Positions 48,613-58,175 of a DNA stretch of 64,000 nt are shown in pieces. Source of the stretch: an uncultured Gammaproteobacteria bacterium (lineage in GTDB: Bacteria; Patescibacteriota; Microgenomatia; UBA8517); assembly GCA_964587425.1 (NCBI GenBank), contig CAZPLB010000004.1, positions 3,197-67,196 of the forward strand. Direction: 5' to 3'. Each line of letters begins with the position of its first letter. Position 1 is the stretch's first letter. Below the pieces are notes generated by a model. It searched no databases, was not told the origin of the DNA, and saw only the letters and a list, made by a program, of their open reading frames with translations. Both the position numbers and the translations under genes were made by a program.

Positions 48613-49406
48613 TTTTCAATAATAACTTGAGAAACTATAAAGATCAAAATACTCATGAGAACAATTGTCCCTCCTGGGGCAAGATTAAAGTAAAAGGATA
48701 AAATAATTCCAGAGATTACTGAAAAAGTTGAAATAGCTTGGGCAATCAAGATTGTTGGGAAAAAGGATTTTTTGAATTGCAAGGCGGCGATTGTCGGAAT
48801 AACTAGAAGTGCAGAAATAAGCAAAATTCCTACAACTGGAATGGCAAGGGAAATTGTGACTGCCGCAAGAATTATAAAGATTGTATTTATTGTATTAACA
48901 GGGATTCCAGAAACCCTTGCTGAATCTTCATCAAAAGTTATAAACAGAAGTTCATTATAAATAACTGCAAGGATTGATAAAACAATTACTCCTAAAATTG
49001 AAACTGTGTAAATATCACTTGTTGTAACTGTGGCGATGCTCCCGAATAAATAATTAAAGAGTGTGGTATTAAATCCATGGGAGAGACCGATTAAAATTAC
49101 AGCTATGGCAAGACTTCCCGACAGAAAAAGCGCTAAGGCACTTTCTCCATAAACCTTTCTCGAAAGCCTTAGTTTATCGATTAAGACAGATGAAACAGTT
49201 GTTGCGCCAATGGCTGTAAAAAGTGGATTTATTCCGAGGAGAAGTCCTAATGCAATTCCTGCCAAAGAAACATGAGATAACGTATCGGCAATTAGGGAAT
49301 ATCTCCTTAAAACCAAGAATACTCCAATAGCTGGTGCGACAACGGCAATTACAAGTCCTGCAATAAGACCCCTAACAACAAAATCATATTGAAATAGATT
49401 AATCAT
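48609..49406 (-). CDS. znuB: zinc/manganese ABC transporter permease (ABC-3)
   Basis: ...YSLIADTLSHVSLAGIALGLL... is typical of ZnuB/MntB. Confidence 0.85.
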   Translation of the reverse strand: MINLFQYDFVVRGLIAGLVIAVVAPAIGVFLVLRRYSLIADTLSHVSLAGIALGLLLGINPLFTAIGATTVSSVLIDKLRLSRKVYGESALALFLSGSLAIAVILIGLSHGFNTTLFNYLFGSIATVTTSDIYTVSILGVIVLSILAVIYNELLFITFDEDSARVSGIPVNTINTIFIILAAVTISLAIPVVGILLISALLVIPTIAALQFKKSFFPTILIAQAISTFSVISGIILSFYFNLAPGGTIVLMSILIFIVSQVIIEK

Positions 49407-50133
49407 GTTTATGATGAGAGATAAATTTTATACCTCGTTCTTCTTTAATAAATTCTTGTGATGGTCCGTAAAAGACAAGTTCTCTATTGATAGCTACAAT
49501 TTCGGTAACCTCTTTAGTGATTACATCGACATCGTGAGAAATTAAAACAAGAGTGATTTCTAAATCTTGATTTAATTTTTTAAGGATTTTATAAAATTGT
49601 TCCTGAGAATCCTGATCCACCCCACTTGTCGGTTCATCCAAAAAAATAATTTCTGGCTCTTGAGCGAGGGCTCTTGCAATAAAAACTTTCTGTTGTTGTC
49701 CGCCAGATAAATCTCCAATTAATCTGTCTTTAAACTCAGACATACCAACCTTTTCAATTACATCAGAAATTAAAGTTTTATCTTCTTTTGTAAGTCCTTT
49801 GAAGAGCCCTGTTGCAGAATATCTTCCCATTGAAACAACGTCCCAGACGGTTGCCGGAAACTTTTGGTCAAAGTCAGTCGCCTTTTGCCCAACATAAGCA
49901 ATTCGCTTACTAAAAACATTAATTGATCCCTCTTGCGGTTTAATAAGACCAAGGATCAATTTGATAAGCGTACTTTTACCCCCTCCGTTTGGCCCAACAA
50001 CTCCTAAATAGTCACCTTTATGTATGTTTAGATTTATATTCTTAAGTACTGGTGTTTCCGAAAAATAGGAGTAAGAAAGATCTTTAATCTCAATTATATT
50101 TTTTGTATGGTCCGTATTTACTGCCATAATCAT
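49399..50133 (-). CDS. znuC: zinc ABC transporter ATP-binding protein
   Basis: Walker A (GPNGGGKST), the signature LSGGQQQK and Walker B (IFLDEP) are present. Confidence 0.85.
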   Translation of the reverse strand: MIMAVNTDHTKNIIEIKDLSYSYFSETPVLKNINLNIHKGDYLGVVGPNGGGKSTLIKLILGLIKPQEGSINVFSKRIAYVGQKATDFDQKFPATVWDVVSMGRYSATGLFKGLTKEDKTLISDVIEKVGMSEFKDRLIGDLSGGQQQKVFIARALAQEPEIIFLDEPTSGVDQDSQEQFYKILKKLNQDLEITLVLISHDVDVITKEVTEIVAINRELVFYGPSQEFIKEERGIKFISHHKHD

Positions 50134-51050
50134 TTACACTCTAGTGCAATTCGTAAATTTTGAAGATTATTATTCATGACAGTCAAATAGTTTTTGCCAG
50201 AGGTAATTTCTTCAGGTGTTAATCCTTCAATAGGGTTTAATTCTATTGCTTGTGCTCCAGTTTCTTTGGCTAAAGTTTGAGCAAGTTTAGGGCTTACAAG
50301 GCTTTCAAAGAAAATGTATTTAATTCCATTTTTCTTTACGTAGTCCGCCAATTCACCAAGTCGTTTTAAAGAAGGTTCCTCGTCAGGCGAAAGACCAGTT
50401 ATGGTTAATTGATTAAACCCGTAGTCTTTTGCTAAGTATCCAAAAGCTGCATGAGAAGTGACAATATCTTTTCTTCCGCAGACATCCAGACCTTTCTTGT
50501 AGCTCCCATCTAGACCATCAAGATCTTTGAGTAGTTTATCAGTATTTTTAGAATAGTAATCTTTATTTGAAGGATCTATCTGAATCAACTCTTTAAGAAT
50601 TGCATTGACTTGAACTTTTGCTCGTGTTGGGCTTAACCAGATATGAGGATCGGTTGCGGTTTGACCTTCCTCATCTGTAACCTTTTGTGTAAACAGTCCT
50701 GTGCCTGCAATTAATATTTTTATATCTTTATCTTTCAAATCTGTTTGAATTTTCGCCCCCCAAGGTTCTACTTCTCCATTCAGAATCAACAGTTTACTTG
50801 AATTAATTAACACCAAATCTCCAGAGGTTAGTTCATAATCATGAGGTTCTGCCCCAGCAGGAGTGATGTTTGTTACATGAACTTTATCTTTACCGATTTC
50901 TGATGCAAAAAAGTAGTGGGGATAAAACGATGCTGTTATTTGTAACCTCTCACTTGTTGGAGTCTTTGTGTTATTTTTAATCCCAAAATACAGTCCTATC
51001 CCAATAAGTAACGATATAAATAGTAAAGTTGATGTTTTTTTCATTGACAA
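50130..51050 (-). CDS. znuA: metal (zinc) ABC transporter substrate-binding protein, TroA/ZnuA family
   Basis: The lipoprotein-like N-terminus, the metal-ligand segment AGAEPHDYE and DPHIWLSP are present. Confidence 0.8.
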   Translation of the reverse strand: MSMKKTSTLLFISLLIGIGLYFGIKNNTKTPTSERLQITASFYPHYFFASEIGKDKVHVTNITPAGAEPHDYELTSGDLVLINSSKLLILNGEVEPWGAKIQTDLKDKDIKILIAGTGLFTQKVTDEEGQTATDPHIWLSPTRAKVQVNAILKELIQIDPSNKDYYSKNTDKLLKDLDGLDGSYKKGLDVCGRKDIVTSHAAFGYLAKDYGFNQLTITGLSPDEEPSLKRLGELADYVKKNGIKYIFFESLVSPKLAQTLAKETGAQAIELNPIEGLTPEEITSGKNYLTVMNNNLQNLRIALECK

Positions 51051-51442
51051 TTATGACAATATCCAAAAAATTCTAGGTTATGTTTCAATATTTTGAATTT
51101 ATTGACACTCGAAATAAATTTCTCCTCATTTAAAAGAGCTTCTTTTAAAACCACATCTTCAACCTCATGGCAATTGACACAAACCAAGTGATGATGATGC
51201 CCCAAACTTGAAAGTTCATATCTTTTATTTCTGTCACCGAAATTAACTTCATTAAGATACCCTGCATTTAAAAGAGTATCTATTTCTCGATATATAGTTG
51301 TTTTGTTTGCTTTTATTTTTGAAAGAAATTCAGTAGGGGTTAAAGGTTTGGTAGAGGACTGCAACATTCCAATAATTTGTTTTCGAACTGAAGTTATCTT
51401 TAACCCAGATTTTTTTAGATCATCAACTATTTTATCTTGCAT
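51041..51442 (-). CDS. zur: Fur-family zinc uptake regulator
   Basis: An N-terminal wHTH (...SVRKQIIGML...) and C-terminal HHHLVCVNC...CHNC metal sites are present. The start was set at the internal ATG (MQDKIVDDLKKSG...). The ORF-track TTG start at 51478 is an alternative. Confidence 0.8.
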   Translation of the reverse strand: MQDKIVDDLKKSGLKITSVRKQIIGMLQSSTKPLTPTEFLSKIKANKTTIYREIDTLLNAGYLNEVNFGDRNKRYELSSLGHHHHLVCVNCHEVEDVVLKEALLNEEKFISSVNKFKILKHNLEFFGYCHNCQ

Positions 51443-51494
51443 GACGCTATCATAACGCAACTTAGTTGCAGTTGTCAATACGACGATCTAATAA
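51443..51494 (-). promoter_or_regulatory. zur-znu promoter with an embedded 6-1-6 palindrome GCAACT-t-AGTTGC (candidate Zur box)
   Basis: On the minus strand the sequence reads TTGACA-actGCAACTaAGTTGCg-TTATGAT-agcgtc-ATG. The palindrome sits in the -35/-10 spacer, and the ATG is ~7 nt after the -10, implying a leaderless transcript. Confidence 0.45.
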
Positions 51495-52646
51495 TCAATC
51501 ATTCTTAGCATCAACTATGAAGCTTGCTCTATTAAATAATTCATCGAATGTTAAGATATCGATTCCATGTAATGATTTTCGAAATCTTTGAAAAGTTTCT
51601 CTTTTACTTCTGGTATCGAGTTGAGATAACTGGCCAATTACCACAACTCCTTTAGGCTGTATTGTAAATACATTATCTTTTTCTAATTTATCAATGTTCT
51701 CTGGAAATCTTGATCCTTGTTTATCCCAAGTATCAACATTAACTTGTATTTGAGTTAGGGCATCCGTTAGTTGTTTTGAAAGACTCCACGCCCCTGATCT
51801 AATCTCCTTTTCACCTTGGAGTAGTTGAGTATCTGGAGTTTTTATTTCGACTAAAACTGTAAAACTTAAATCTCCAACAGTGGATGTTAGATAATCTCCT
51901 TTTTGTCCTCCTCTTCCGTCAACTTTTGTGCCTCCATAATTTGGTTGATTTTGTTCTTGTCGCAAAATTTGATAATTTAGTCCGTAACCAAATATCCATT
52001 TATTTGACTCAAAAAAATCTTGCCACCATTTTTCATCTGTTGACTGTGTTTTAATTGATGTGTCAAACAATGTAAGCTTTTCTTTTCTCTTTAAGATTTG
52101 ATTTATGTCGTCTTCTGATAGTGAAATACCATTTATTAAAGATAGTTGTTTGATAATACTCAGCACACTCTCAATACCACGCCCTCTAATGGCTTTGACT
52201 ATCTCGCTCTCGGCTTGGGTTACCAAAGAAAAACTTTCTCTAGGAATTTCAATTTGTGTTAGGGAGGTTAAAAATGAGATAAGTTTCCAAAAGTTATCGT
52301 GGCATTCTTCTAGGTTGACACTCGCTTTAATCATGCGGTCCTTCGCCTCGGTCATGTTTACCGATTCTTCAATAATTTTCCCGGTCACGTTTCTAACTGA
52401 TACAGAGATTCGAGGCGTAAATTTTTCATCTTTTTTTATTAATACAACCTTACAAATGTAATCAACTTTGTCTTTCTTATTTAAAATAAACTGTTTAATC
52501 AATTTATTATCTTTTTTGCTGAAAAAATAATGGAAATTGTTTTCGGGAGTGGGATGGATTTCTAAATCGTCAAATGAGTCTTTGCCAACTATAAAGCTGT
52601 CATTGTTTACCTGAATCCATTTGTCATAATCAACAGTCTTTAACAT
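51495..52646 (-). CDS. Shedu-like (DUF4263) PD-(D/E)xK nuclease, putative anti-phage defence protein
   Basis: The C-terminal half has EKWWQDFFESNKWIFGYGLNY...GDYLTSTVGDLSFTVLVEIKTPDT...IDILTFDELF. This gives a D-x13-E.K catalytic arrangement and the DUF4263-like entry motif. It is adjacent to a recombinase and phage genes. Confidence 0.45.
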   Translation of the reverse strand: MLKTVDYDKWIQVNNDSFIVGKDSFDDLEIHPTPENNFHYFFSKKDNKLIKQFILNKKDKVDYICKVVLIKKDEKFTPRISVSVRNVTGKIIEESVNMTEAKDRMIKASVNLEECHDNFWKLISFLTSLTQIEIPRESFSLVTQAESEIVKAIRGRGIESVLSIIKQLSLINGISLSEDDINQILKRKEKLTLFDTSIKTQSTDEKWWQDFFESNKWIFGYGLNYQILRQEQNQPNYGGTKVDGRGGQKGDYLTSTVGDLSFTVLVEIKTPDTQLLQGEKEIRSGAWSLSKQLTDALTQIQVNVDTWDKQGSRFPENIDKLEKDNVFTIQPKGVVVIGQLSQLDTRSKRETFQRFRKSLHGIDILTFDELFNRASFIVDAKND

Positions 52647-52703
52647 ATATTTTACTGCTTGTATTATCCTCCAAGCCTAAATCAAAAACAATCTGCTTGA
52701 AGT

Positions 52704-53990
52704 TTAATGAGCTCTGAGAGAAGTAATATTTCGGTTCTTGATAAATAGTGGGAAATTAAAAATGTTAAATAGCTCACGTTTTTCCTCTGTGTTTTTGTTT
52801 GTTAAAACATATCTCGCATAATCTCTTATGTCCCACAGTTTCGAATTTGGATTAACATCTTGCTGAAGAAAGATTGCTTCTCTCATATTCTTAAACTCCT
52901 CGAGTCCTTTTTGAATTTTATCTGTCAGTACTAACTCATGAGAATGAGCTATATACATAAAGTTTATGAGTTTTAGTAAACTTCTTTCTAATTCTTCTTC
53001 CGACACATAAGGTTCTCTGCAATCGTAATCAATTTGGCGGGAACAGTGATAATAAACATGGTATCTCGGCTCTTTTCTTAATCTTTCTCTGTATCTGTCT
53101 TCTCCAACAATGCTTGCCTTGCAATTAGCACATTTCAGAAGTCCTTTATAAGTGAATGTTTTTGATCCCCATTTAGCTTTTGTTGGTACTATTAATTTTT
53201 CTTGAACTTTATCAAACATTTCTTTTGTGATTAACGGAGGATATGAACCCTTATACCAATTGCCACTTTTTATCGGATATTCAAATTCACCATAATAAAA
53301 TGGATTTTTTAGCATTAAATAAACCTGACTCAAGGTAATTAGTTGCCCAGATTTATTTGTAAGGCTCACTTCATCTAGCCATTTTTTAATCTTTCTTCCG
53401 CTAGATTTTTCCTTAATAAATTTTGTGAACATTTGCGTAATAATAGGTCCTCTTTCCGAATCAAGAATCACGTCTTTTATCCCATTAAAAGATCTATTCA
53501 TATATCCAATTGGAGTAGGACCAGGTCTAAATCCCATTTCGCATTTTGCTCTAATTCCTCGTTTTACATTTATACCTTTTTGGTCATTTTCTAGTTTTGC
53601 TTGGGAGCAGAGAATCATAAGTAAAAACTTCTCGTTGGGGTTATTGGAAAACATTTGTGAAAATGTCCTTATTTGCAAGAGTTTCCCCTGATCCATCAGA
53701 TCCACTAAATTCCCCAAATCTCCAGCGTTACGTGATAACCTGTCAGGTGCCCAAGTTAAGATCCCATTAAACCTTTTTTCTCTAATATCACTAAGGAGTT
53801 TCATAAACATTGGCCTCTGTCCTGAATCTTTTGCAGAATGGCTCTCCTGAAGTACCTCAACAACATTTAAGCCCTCTTTTGTTGCGAGAGCTCCCATTTC
53901 CTTTATCTGACTATCAATGCTCATGGTTTGGCGTTCATCGCTCTCTGAAGATTTCCTAGCATATAAACAGTAATTAATTTGAGGCTCCAT
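52704..53990 (-). CDS. large serine recombinase (resolvase catalytic domain + recombinase domain + zinc ribbon)
   Basis: The catalytic-serine region YCLYARKSSESDERQTMSIDSQ, a recombinase domain and a C4 ribbon (CANCKAS...YHCSRQ) are present. The start was set at the internal ATG (MEPQINYCLY...). The ORF track extends it to 54077. Confidence 0.8.
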   Translation of the reverse strand: MEPQINYCLYARKSSESDERQTMSIDSQIKEMGALATKEGLNVVEVLQESHSAKDSGQRPMFMKLLSDIREKRFNGILTWAPDRLSRNAGDLGNLVDLMDQGKLLQIRTFSQMFSNNPNEKFLLMILCSQAKLENDQKGINVKRGIRAKCEMGFRPGPTPIGYMNRSFNGIKDVILDSERGPIITQMFTKFIKEKSSGRKIKKWLDEVSLTNKSGQLITLSQVYLMLKNPFYYGEFEYPIKSGNWYKGSYPPLITKEMFDKVQEKLIVPTKAKWGSKTFTYKGLLKCANCKASIVGEDRYRERLRKEPRYHVYYHCSRQIDYDCREPYVSEEELERSLLKLINFMYIAHSHELVLTDKIQKGLEEFKNMREAIFLQQDVNPNSKLWDIRDYARYVLTNKNTEEKRELFNIFNFPLFIKNRNITSLRAH

Positions 53991-54033
53991 ACAGGTACAA
54001 GGTACCGCAACGGTTTGTGAAGTCCAGACGTAA

Positions 54034-54064
54034 AAACAGGAAGGTGTTTTATTCCTTCCTGTTT
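54034..54064 (-). terminator. hairpin terminator AAACAGGAAGG-n9-CCTTCCTGTTT downstream of the 54080..54508 gene
   Basis: An 11-bp perfect stem with a T-rich flank on the minus-strand transcript. It lies between the OB-fold gene and the recombinase. Confidence 0.55.
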
Positions 54065-54079
54065 CTAACTTTAGCAACT

Positions 54080-54508
54080 TTATTTAACAATCTCACAGTC
54101 GCTGACGTCAATTACTCCGATTGTTTGTTTACCTACAATTCCTTGTACAGTAACTGTTTGACCGTTCTTTATCGTCAATAGCTGTTGTTTGTCTTTAATC
54201 CTACAGCTTATCTGCACTAAGGAAAAATCCTTTGATCCAATATTGGCAAAGGAAATACCTGAGTCGGTAATATTTGTAACCTTTGCAGAAAACTCAACAA
54301 GTTTACCTTTCCATGTTGCCTCAGCCGCCACTTGATTGGCGTCAAAATCATCTGCTAGTTTATCCACGCTTATTTTTTCAGCTACAGGAGCCGGAGTAGG
54401 TGAGGATGATGAAGAAGTCTTGCTTCCTCCCTTACCGCTTCCACCAACTATTCCAATTACTATTAGCCCTAAAATGATAAACCCAACAATTTTTAAAAAT
54501 TTTTTCAA
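54080..54508 (-). CDS. membrane-anchored small protein with a Gly/Ser-rich linker and an OB-fold-like C-terminal domain
   Basis: An N-terminal TM helix, GGSGKGGSKTSSSSSPTPAP linker, then a ~90-aa beta-rich domain. This is a common phage/island accessory architecture. Confidence 0.4.
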   Translation of the reverse strand: MKKFLKIVGFIILGLIVIGIVGGSGKGGSKTSSSSSPTPAPVAEKISVDKLADDFDANQVAAEATWKGKLVEFSAKVTNITDSGISFANIGSKDFSLVQISCRIKDKQQLLTIKNGQTVTVQGIVGKQTIGVIDVSDCEIVK

Positions 54509-54608
54509 TTTACTTCACCCCCTTTCCCTTCATTAACTGAATGATGCGCGAAATATGGCATAAAGTCAAGCGTATTCTGAGGCTATTTGCTCGCTTCTAG
54601 CTAGTAGA

Positions 54609-54629
54609 TTGATAACTCTTGGCTATCAA
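54609..54629 (+). promoter_or_regulatory. inverted repeat TTGATA-N9-TATCAA overlapping the XRE gene promoter (candidate operator)
   Basis: The palindrome lies immediately upstream of the ATG of the HTH gene. TAATAT -10-like hexamer 4 nt before the ATG. Confidence 0.45.
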
Positions 54630-54639
54630 TAATATCAGT

Positions 54640-54855
54640 ATGATAAGAAGCACTAAACAAACCAAAGAGAGGCTGGGAAGCAAAATTCAGAAACTTAGAA
54701 AATCTTTTGACTTATCGCAAGAAGCGTTGGCATCAAAATTGGGTATCAGTAGAACTCATATGGGTCATATTGAGCAAGGAAGAAAATCGCCTTCTCTTAA
54801 ACTTCTTACCAAAATTTCAAAAGAACTTAAAAAGGACATTTCGGATCTCTTCTAA
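54640..54855 (+). CDS. XRE-family (Cro/CI-type) HTH transcriptional regulator
   Basis: LRKSFDLSQEALASKLGISRTHMGHIEQGRKSPSLKLL is a classic HTH_3 sequence. The start was set at ATG 54640. The ORF track uses TTG 54619. Confidence 0.7.
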   Translation: MIRSTKQTKERLGSKIQKLRKSFDLSQEALASKLGISRTHMGHIEQGRKSPSLKLLTKISKELKKDISDLF

Positions 54856-56375
54856 AACTTTGTATCCATTGTTATTGGTCCATGGTTGAATTCACGATCA
54901 TTGTATAAACCACCCGTTACAGGTGATCCACCAAAGATAAACATTTCAAACTCCGGTCTGCTGTCTTCCTCGATAATTTTTAAGAGCAGTAATGAAAAAG
55001 CATCTGCCAAATCATCATGCCTTTCGATGCCAAATCCAGTTAGTTGATTAATAAGTGTTTCTGCACCGTGCCTTGGGAACCAAACCTTACCCTGTTTAAT
55101 TATGTGGGTAACAATTGCAAGTCTTGTTCTTTTGTCTTGGCCTTTTGGACTCACACCTTCGACAGGGATATATTTAGAAGAAAGATGATCAATAAATGAT
55201 TGTTGGTAACCGACATTTTCAACAAATAACTTTGTCTGTTCGCCATGAACCACAGTTTTTGATAACGAAATTGCTGTCTCAACAGTTGTTGGAAAATCCA
55301 TCCTTTTATTTATTGGGTTAGGTAAAATATACACCGCCAAATCTTCACCTCGACCAAACATATATGCAGTGACCATTGCAGTACAGTCTGCTGATTCTCT
55401 TAAGGAAATTGCCAAATCAATTCCAATTCCAGCAAATTCGAAATTATCCGAATCTGGAGACGGAAGGTCGTCGTAATATTGTATCCATTCAGATTTAACT
55501 AATCTATCTTCATCAGAAATAATTTTAAGTAAATATTCTCTATAAAAGGCTGACTCTTGGGAGAAATTCTTTTTCAATTTTTCAACATCTTCAATTGTTG
55601 GGTATTTGGCAGGCCATAAAATATCATTTTTATCGTCAATCAGAGGGTAAGCCAAAAACTTACCATTCAACTTTTGGTCTTCTATCAATTTTCTAAACCT
55701 CATAATTAAACTGTCTTCGTGAAGTAAATTGCCGACAACCAAAATTTTTGTATTTTTATCTCCGACTGGAATAATTTCGGCATTAAACCAAGTGAAAGTT
55801 TTATCTCTACCTTCCTTTGTCTTAACACTATTAATGTCTTCTATGTCATCGCAAATAATTAAATCCGGCCTATACTGCCCATGTCTAACTCCGCGTATGC
55901 TTTGTTCGGTTGAAACGGCTGCAATTCGGGTACCAAATTTTGGAATAACTATTGAATTCGACCCCCATTCATCATTTGGCGATTCGAATGGGCCAATATC
56001 AGCTTTGAGTAAATCATTATTTTCAAGCTCCTGTTTAATATTTTCCAAATGCAATTTGGCTTGAGCTTGAGTTTGACAAACAATAAGAATAAATTTTTTC
56101 TGCTGGATTCCTATTATTGACCAGATCACATATGAAAGTGTTACCAATGTTGATTTTGCTGATCCACGAAAAGCGACAAGGACTGCAAACGCTATATCCT
56201 CTTCAGTAAGTTCAAATATTTCATGATGAAAAGGAGCAAACTCGCAGGAAATATAATGCGAAAGATAAAGTGTAAAAAACCAATAATGATTTTTTCTAGC
56301 CAAAGCCCGTCTTATTTTTCTATCCTTTCTGATTTTTTCTAATTCTTCTGGGCCTAGTTGGGGATAATAAATCAT
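54852..56375 (-). CDS. phage terminase large subunit-like protein (ATPase + RNaseH-like nuclease)
   Basis: Walker A (FRGSAKST) and Walker B (LIICDD) are present, with a C-terminal nuclease-like region. It is adjacent to a small-terminase-like HTH gene. Confidence 0.65.
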   Translation of the reverse strand: MIYYPQLGPEELEKIRKDRKIRRALARKNHYWFFTLYLSHYISCEFAPFHHEIFELTEEDIAFAVLVAFRGSAKSTLVTLSYVIWSIIGIQQKKFILIVCQTQAQAKLHLENIKQELENNDLLKADIGPFESPNDEWGSNSIVIPKFGTRIAAVSTEQSIRGVRHGQYRPDLIICDDIEDINSVKTKEGRDKTFTWFNAEIIPVGDKNTKILVVGNLLHEDSLIMRFRKLIEDQKLNGKFLAYPLIDDKNDILWPAKYPTIEDVEKLKKNFSQESAFYREYLLKIISDEDRLVKSEWIQYYDDLPSPDSDNFEFAGIGIDLAISLRESADCTAMVTAYMFGRGEDLAVYILPNPINKRMDFPTTVETAISLSKTVVHGEQTKLFVENVGYQQSFIDHLSSKYIPVEGVSPKGQDKRTRLAIVTHIIKQGKVWFPRHGAETLINQLTGFGIERHDDLADAFSLLLLKIIEEDSRPEFEMFIFGGSPVTGGLYNDREFNHGPITMDTKF

Positions 56376-56803
56376 TTTTGTTCCTCCATTTCTTCTTTTT
56401 GCATTGCTGGTATCAGTGAAGCTAATTGCAGAGCTTTTGTCACCAATGCTTCTTGTTCCGGAGTTAAGGTTTCATTTTGATTTTTCAGATTGGCTGTAAC
56501 CTCAACTTTAGTAGCATATGCAGAATGATGATGTTTTAACCAAAAAATAATTGCAGTCATATTTTGATCTTTGATTGCAGAAAGGAGCTGGCTCTCTGCC
56601 ATGTCATTAACCAAAGCTGCACCTTCATTCAGGGCAATATCCGTTTCCTTAGAAAACTTTTCATCATTTATTCTCCACCTGTAATATGTAGCTCTTGCGA
56701 TTCCAATTTTTCTGCAAACAACCTCCACAACTGGTGTCTCTTTTAATTTATCCAACAATTCTTTCTTTAATGCAGTTTGCCTTTTAGTAATTAAGTTTTT
56801 CAT
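56372..56803 (-). CDS. phage terminase small subunit-like HTH protein
   Basis: ...VVCRKIGIARATYYRWRINDEKF is a terminase-small/transposase-type HTH. The start was set at the ATG (MKNLITK...) overlapping the stop of the upstream methyltransferase gene. Confidence 0.5.
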   Translation of the reverse strand: MKNLITKRQTALKKELLDKLKETPVVEVVCRKIGIARATYYRWRINDEKFSKETDIALNEGAALVNDMAESQLLSAIKDQNMTAIIFWLKHHHSAYATKVEVTANLKNQNETLTPEQEALVTKALQLASLIPAMQKEEMEEQK

Positions 56804-58125
56804 TGTATTTTTATAGCTTTTTGCCCCGTCAAGTTCTCCCATCTCTTCTTGATAACTTCCGCGTAAACTGGTGACTTTTCCATTAAGTAGCATCGCCTTT
56901 TCATTTTCGTTGCAGCAATTAAAGTGGATCCACTTCCTCCGAAAGGTTCAATTATTAAATCATTTCTCTTAGTCAAAACTTTTATATAGGGGATAAGTAT
57001 TTCTATTGGTTTGGTTCCAAAAATTATTCCCTGACCTGAAGACTTTTCATCAGAAGCCTTATATTCAATAAAATCAGTCGGGCAATACTTATTACCTTTC
57101 TTATAACTTTCCCAAGTCGGTTTACCAGAAGTTGCAAAAAGTGCGGTTTCATATTCTTCTTGGAGAAGTGGTTCGTTCTCGTGATTAACATTTAGAGTTA
57201 CTTCACCTGATGTCCCAACCATTGCAAAATCATATTTATTAAAAAACTTATATTTTGCCGCAAAGCCCTGCATCCTGTTTGGTAAGTGCCAAATAACTGT
57301 GTTTCTGTATTTCCAATGCTTCTCCAGTTCGTTCCAAATAGTTCTTAGATTTTTGGGATTTTCATAAACGATAATTGAAAAATCTGGTTTTTGAATCTTG
57401 GAAACACTGGCCATCCATTTTTCTGTGAAATCTGGTGGTAAAACATCTGTTTCTAAATATCTGCGGTCTCTCTTTGCTCCAAAACCTGTGATAGCTCCTT
57501 TATGTTTCTTCTTTCCTCGAAGGTAATCTAAAATGTAAGGCGGGTCTGTAAAACACATGTCCGCTTTTTCTCCACTCATGAGTTTTAACACATCTTCTTC
57601 AATCGTTGAATCTCCACACATTAATCGACTATTTCCTAATAGATAGATGTCTCCTTTTTGAGTTTCAACGTTTGTGATGTTCATCCTCTGAAGTTCCTTT
57701 TGAAGATCAAAAGTTTCTGGGTTTACATCAATATCAAAAATATTATCTATCTCTTCAGAAGAAAAGCCTGCGCTTGAAAGGAAAATCTCATCCAAATCTG
57801 CCAATAAATCCATATCCCAATCTCCTACGTTTTTGTTCGATCGAATATTGTATTCCGCAAATTCATCTTTTGTAAGTTTCCTGTTTGGAATTCTTATGTC
57901 TATTTCTTCTTCGCCTCTGCCTAAGAGAATCATTACCTTCACCCTCTGATGCCCGGCCACAATCTTATTGTCAGTATCGATAGCTGGGATTTCGGCTAAA
58001 TTAAATTTAATCAAGCTGTCCTTTAACTTGTTAGCCTGGTCCTCTGACAATTTGCGTGGATTTAATTCATACGGAATCAAATCTTTTACCTTACGTTTTT
58101 CTGTATGCCAAGATAAATTAGTCAT
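56800..58125 (-). CDS. ParB-like nuclease domain fused to a beta-class N6-adenine/N4-cytosine DNA methyltransferase (orphan, phage-type)
   Basis: The N-terminus has a ParB/Srx fold (YELNPRKLSEDQANKLKDSLIKFNLAEIPAIDTDNKIVAGHQRV). Motif IV (DPPY, in CFTDPPYILDY) precedes motif I (FGGSGSTLIAA), the beta-class order. Confidence 0.75.
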   Translation of the reverse strand: MTNLSWHTEKRKVKDLIPYELNPRKLSEDQANKLKDSLIKFNLAEIPAIDTDNKIVAGHQRVKVMILLGRGEEEIDIRIPNRKLTKDEFAEYNIRSNKNVGDWDMDLLADLDEIFLSSAGFSSEEIDNIFDIDVNPETFDLQKELQRMNITNVETQKGDIYLLGNSRLMCGDSTIEEDVLKLMSGEKADMCFTDPPYILDYLRGKKKHKGAITGFGAKRDRRYLETDVLPPDFTEKWMASVSKIQKPDFSIIVYENPKNLRTIWNELEKHWKYRNTVIWHLPNRMQGFAAKYKFFNKYDFAMVGTSGEVTLNVNHENEPLLQEEYETALFATSGKPTWESYKKGNKYCPTDFIEYKASDEKSSGQGIIFGTKPIEILIPYIKVLTKRNDLIIEPFGGSGSTLIAATKMKRRCYLMEKSPVYAEVIKKRWENLTGQKAIKIQ

Positions 58126-58175
58126 AAGGGGATTGTCTACTATTGCTCAAGATTTGTATAAGGCGCCAATTCAGC

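Noticed and set aside
54619-54639. TTG start for the XRE gene (ORF track) and TTG 51478 start for zur
   Set aside because: Internal ATG starts give canonical N-termini and sit just downstream of promoter-like elements. The longer forms are kept only as alternatives.
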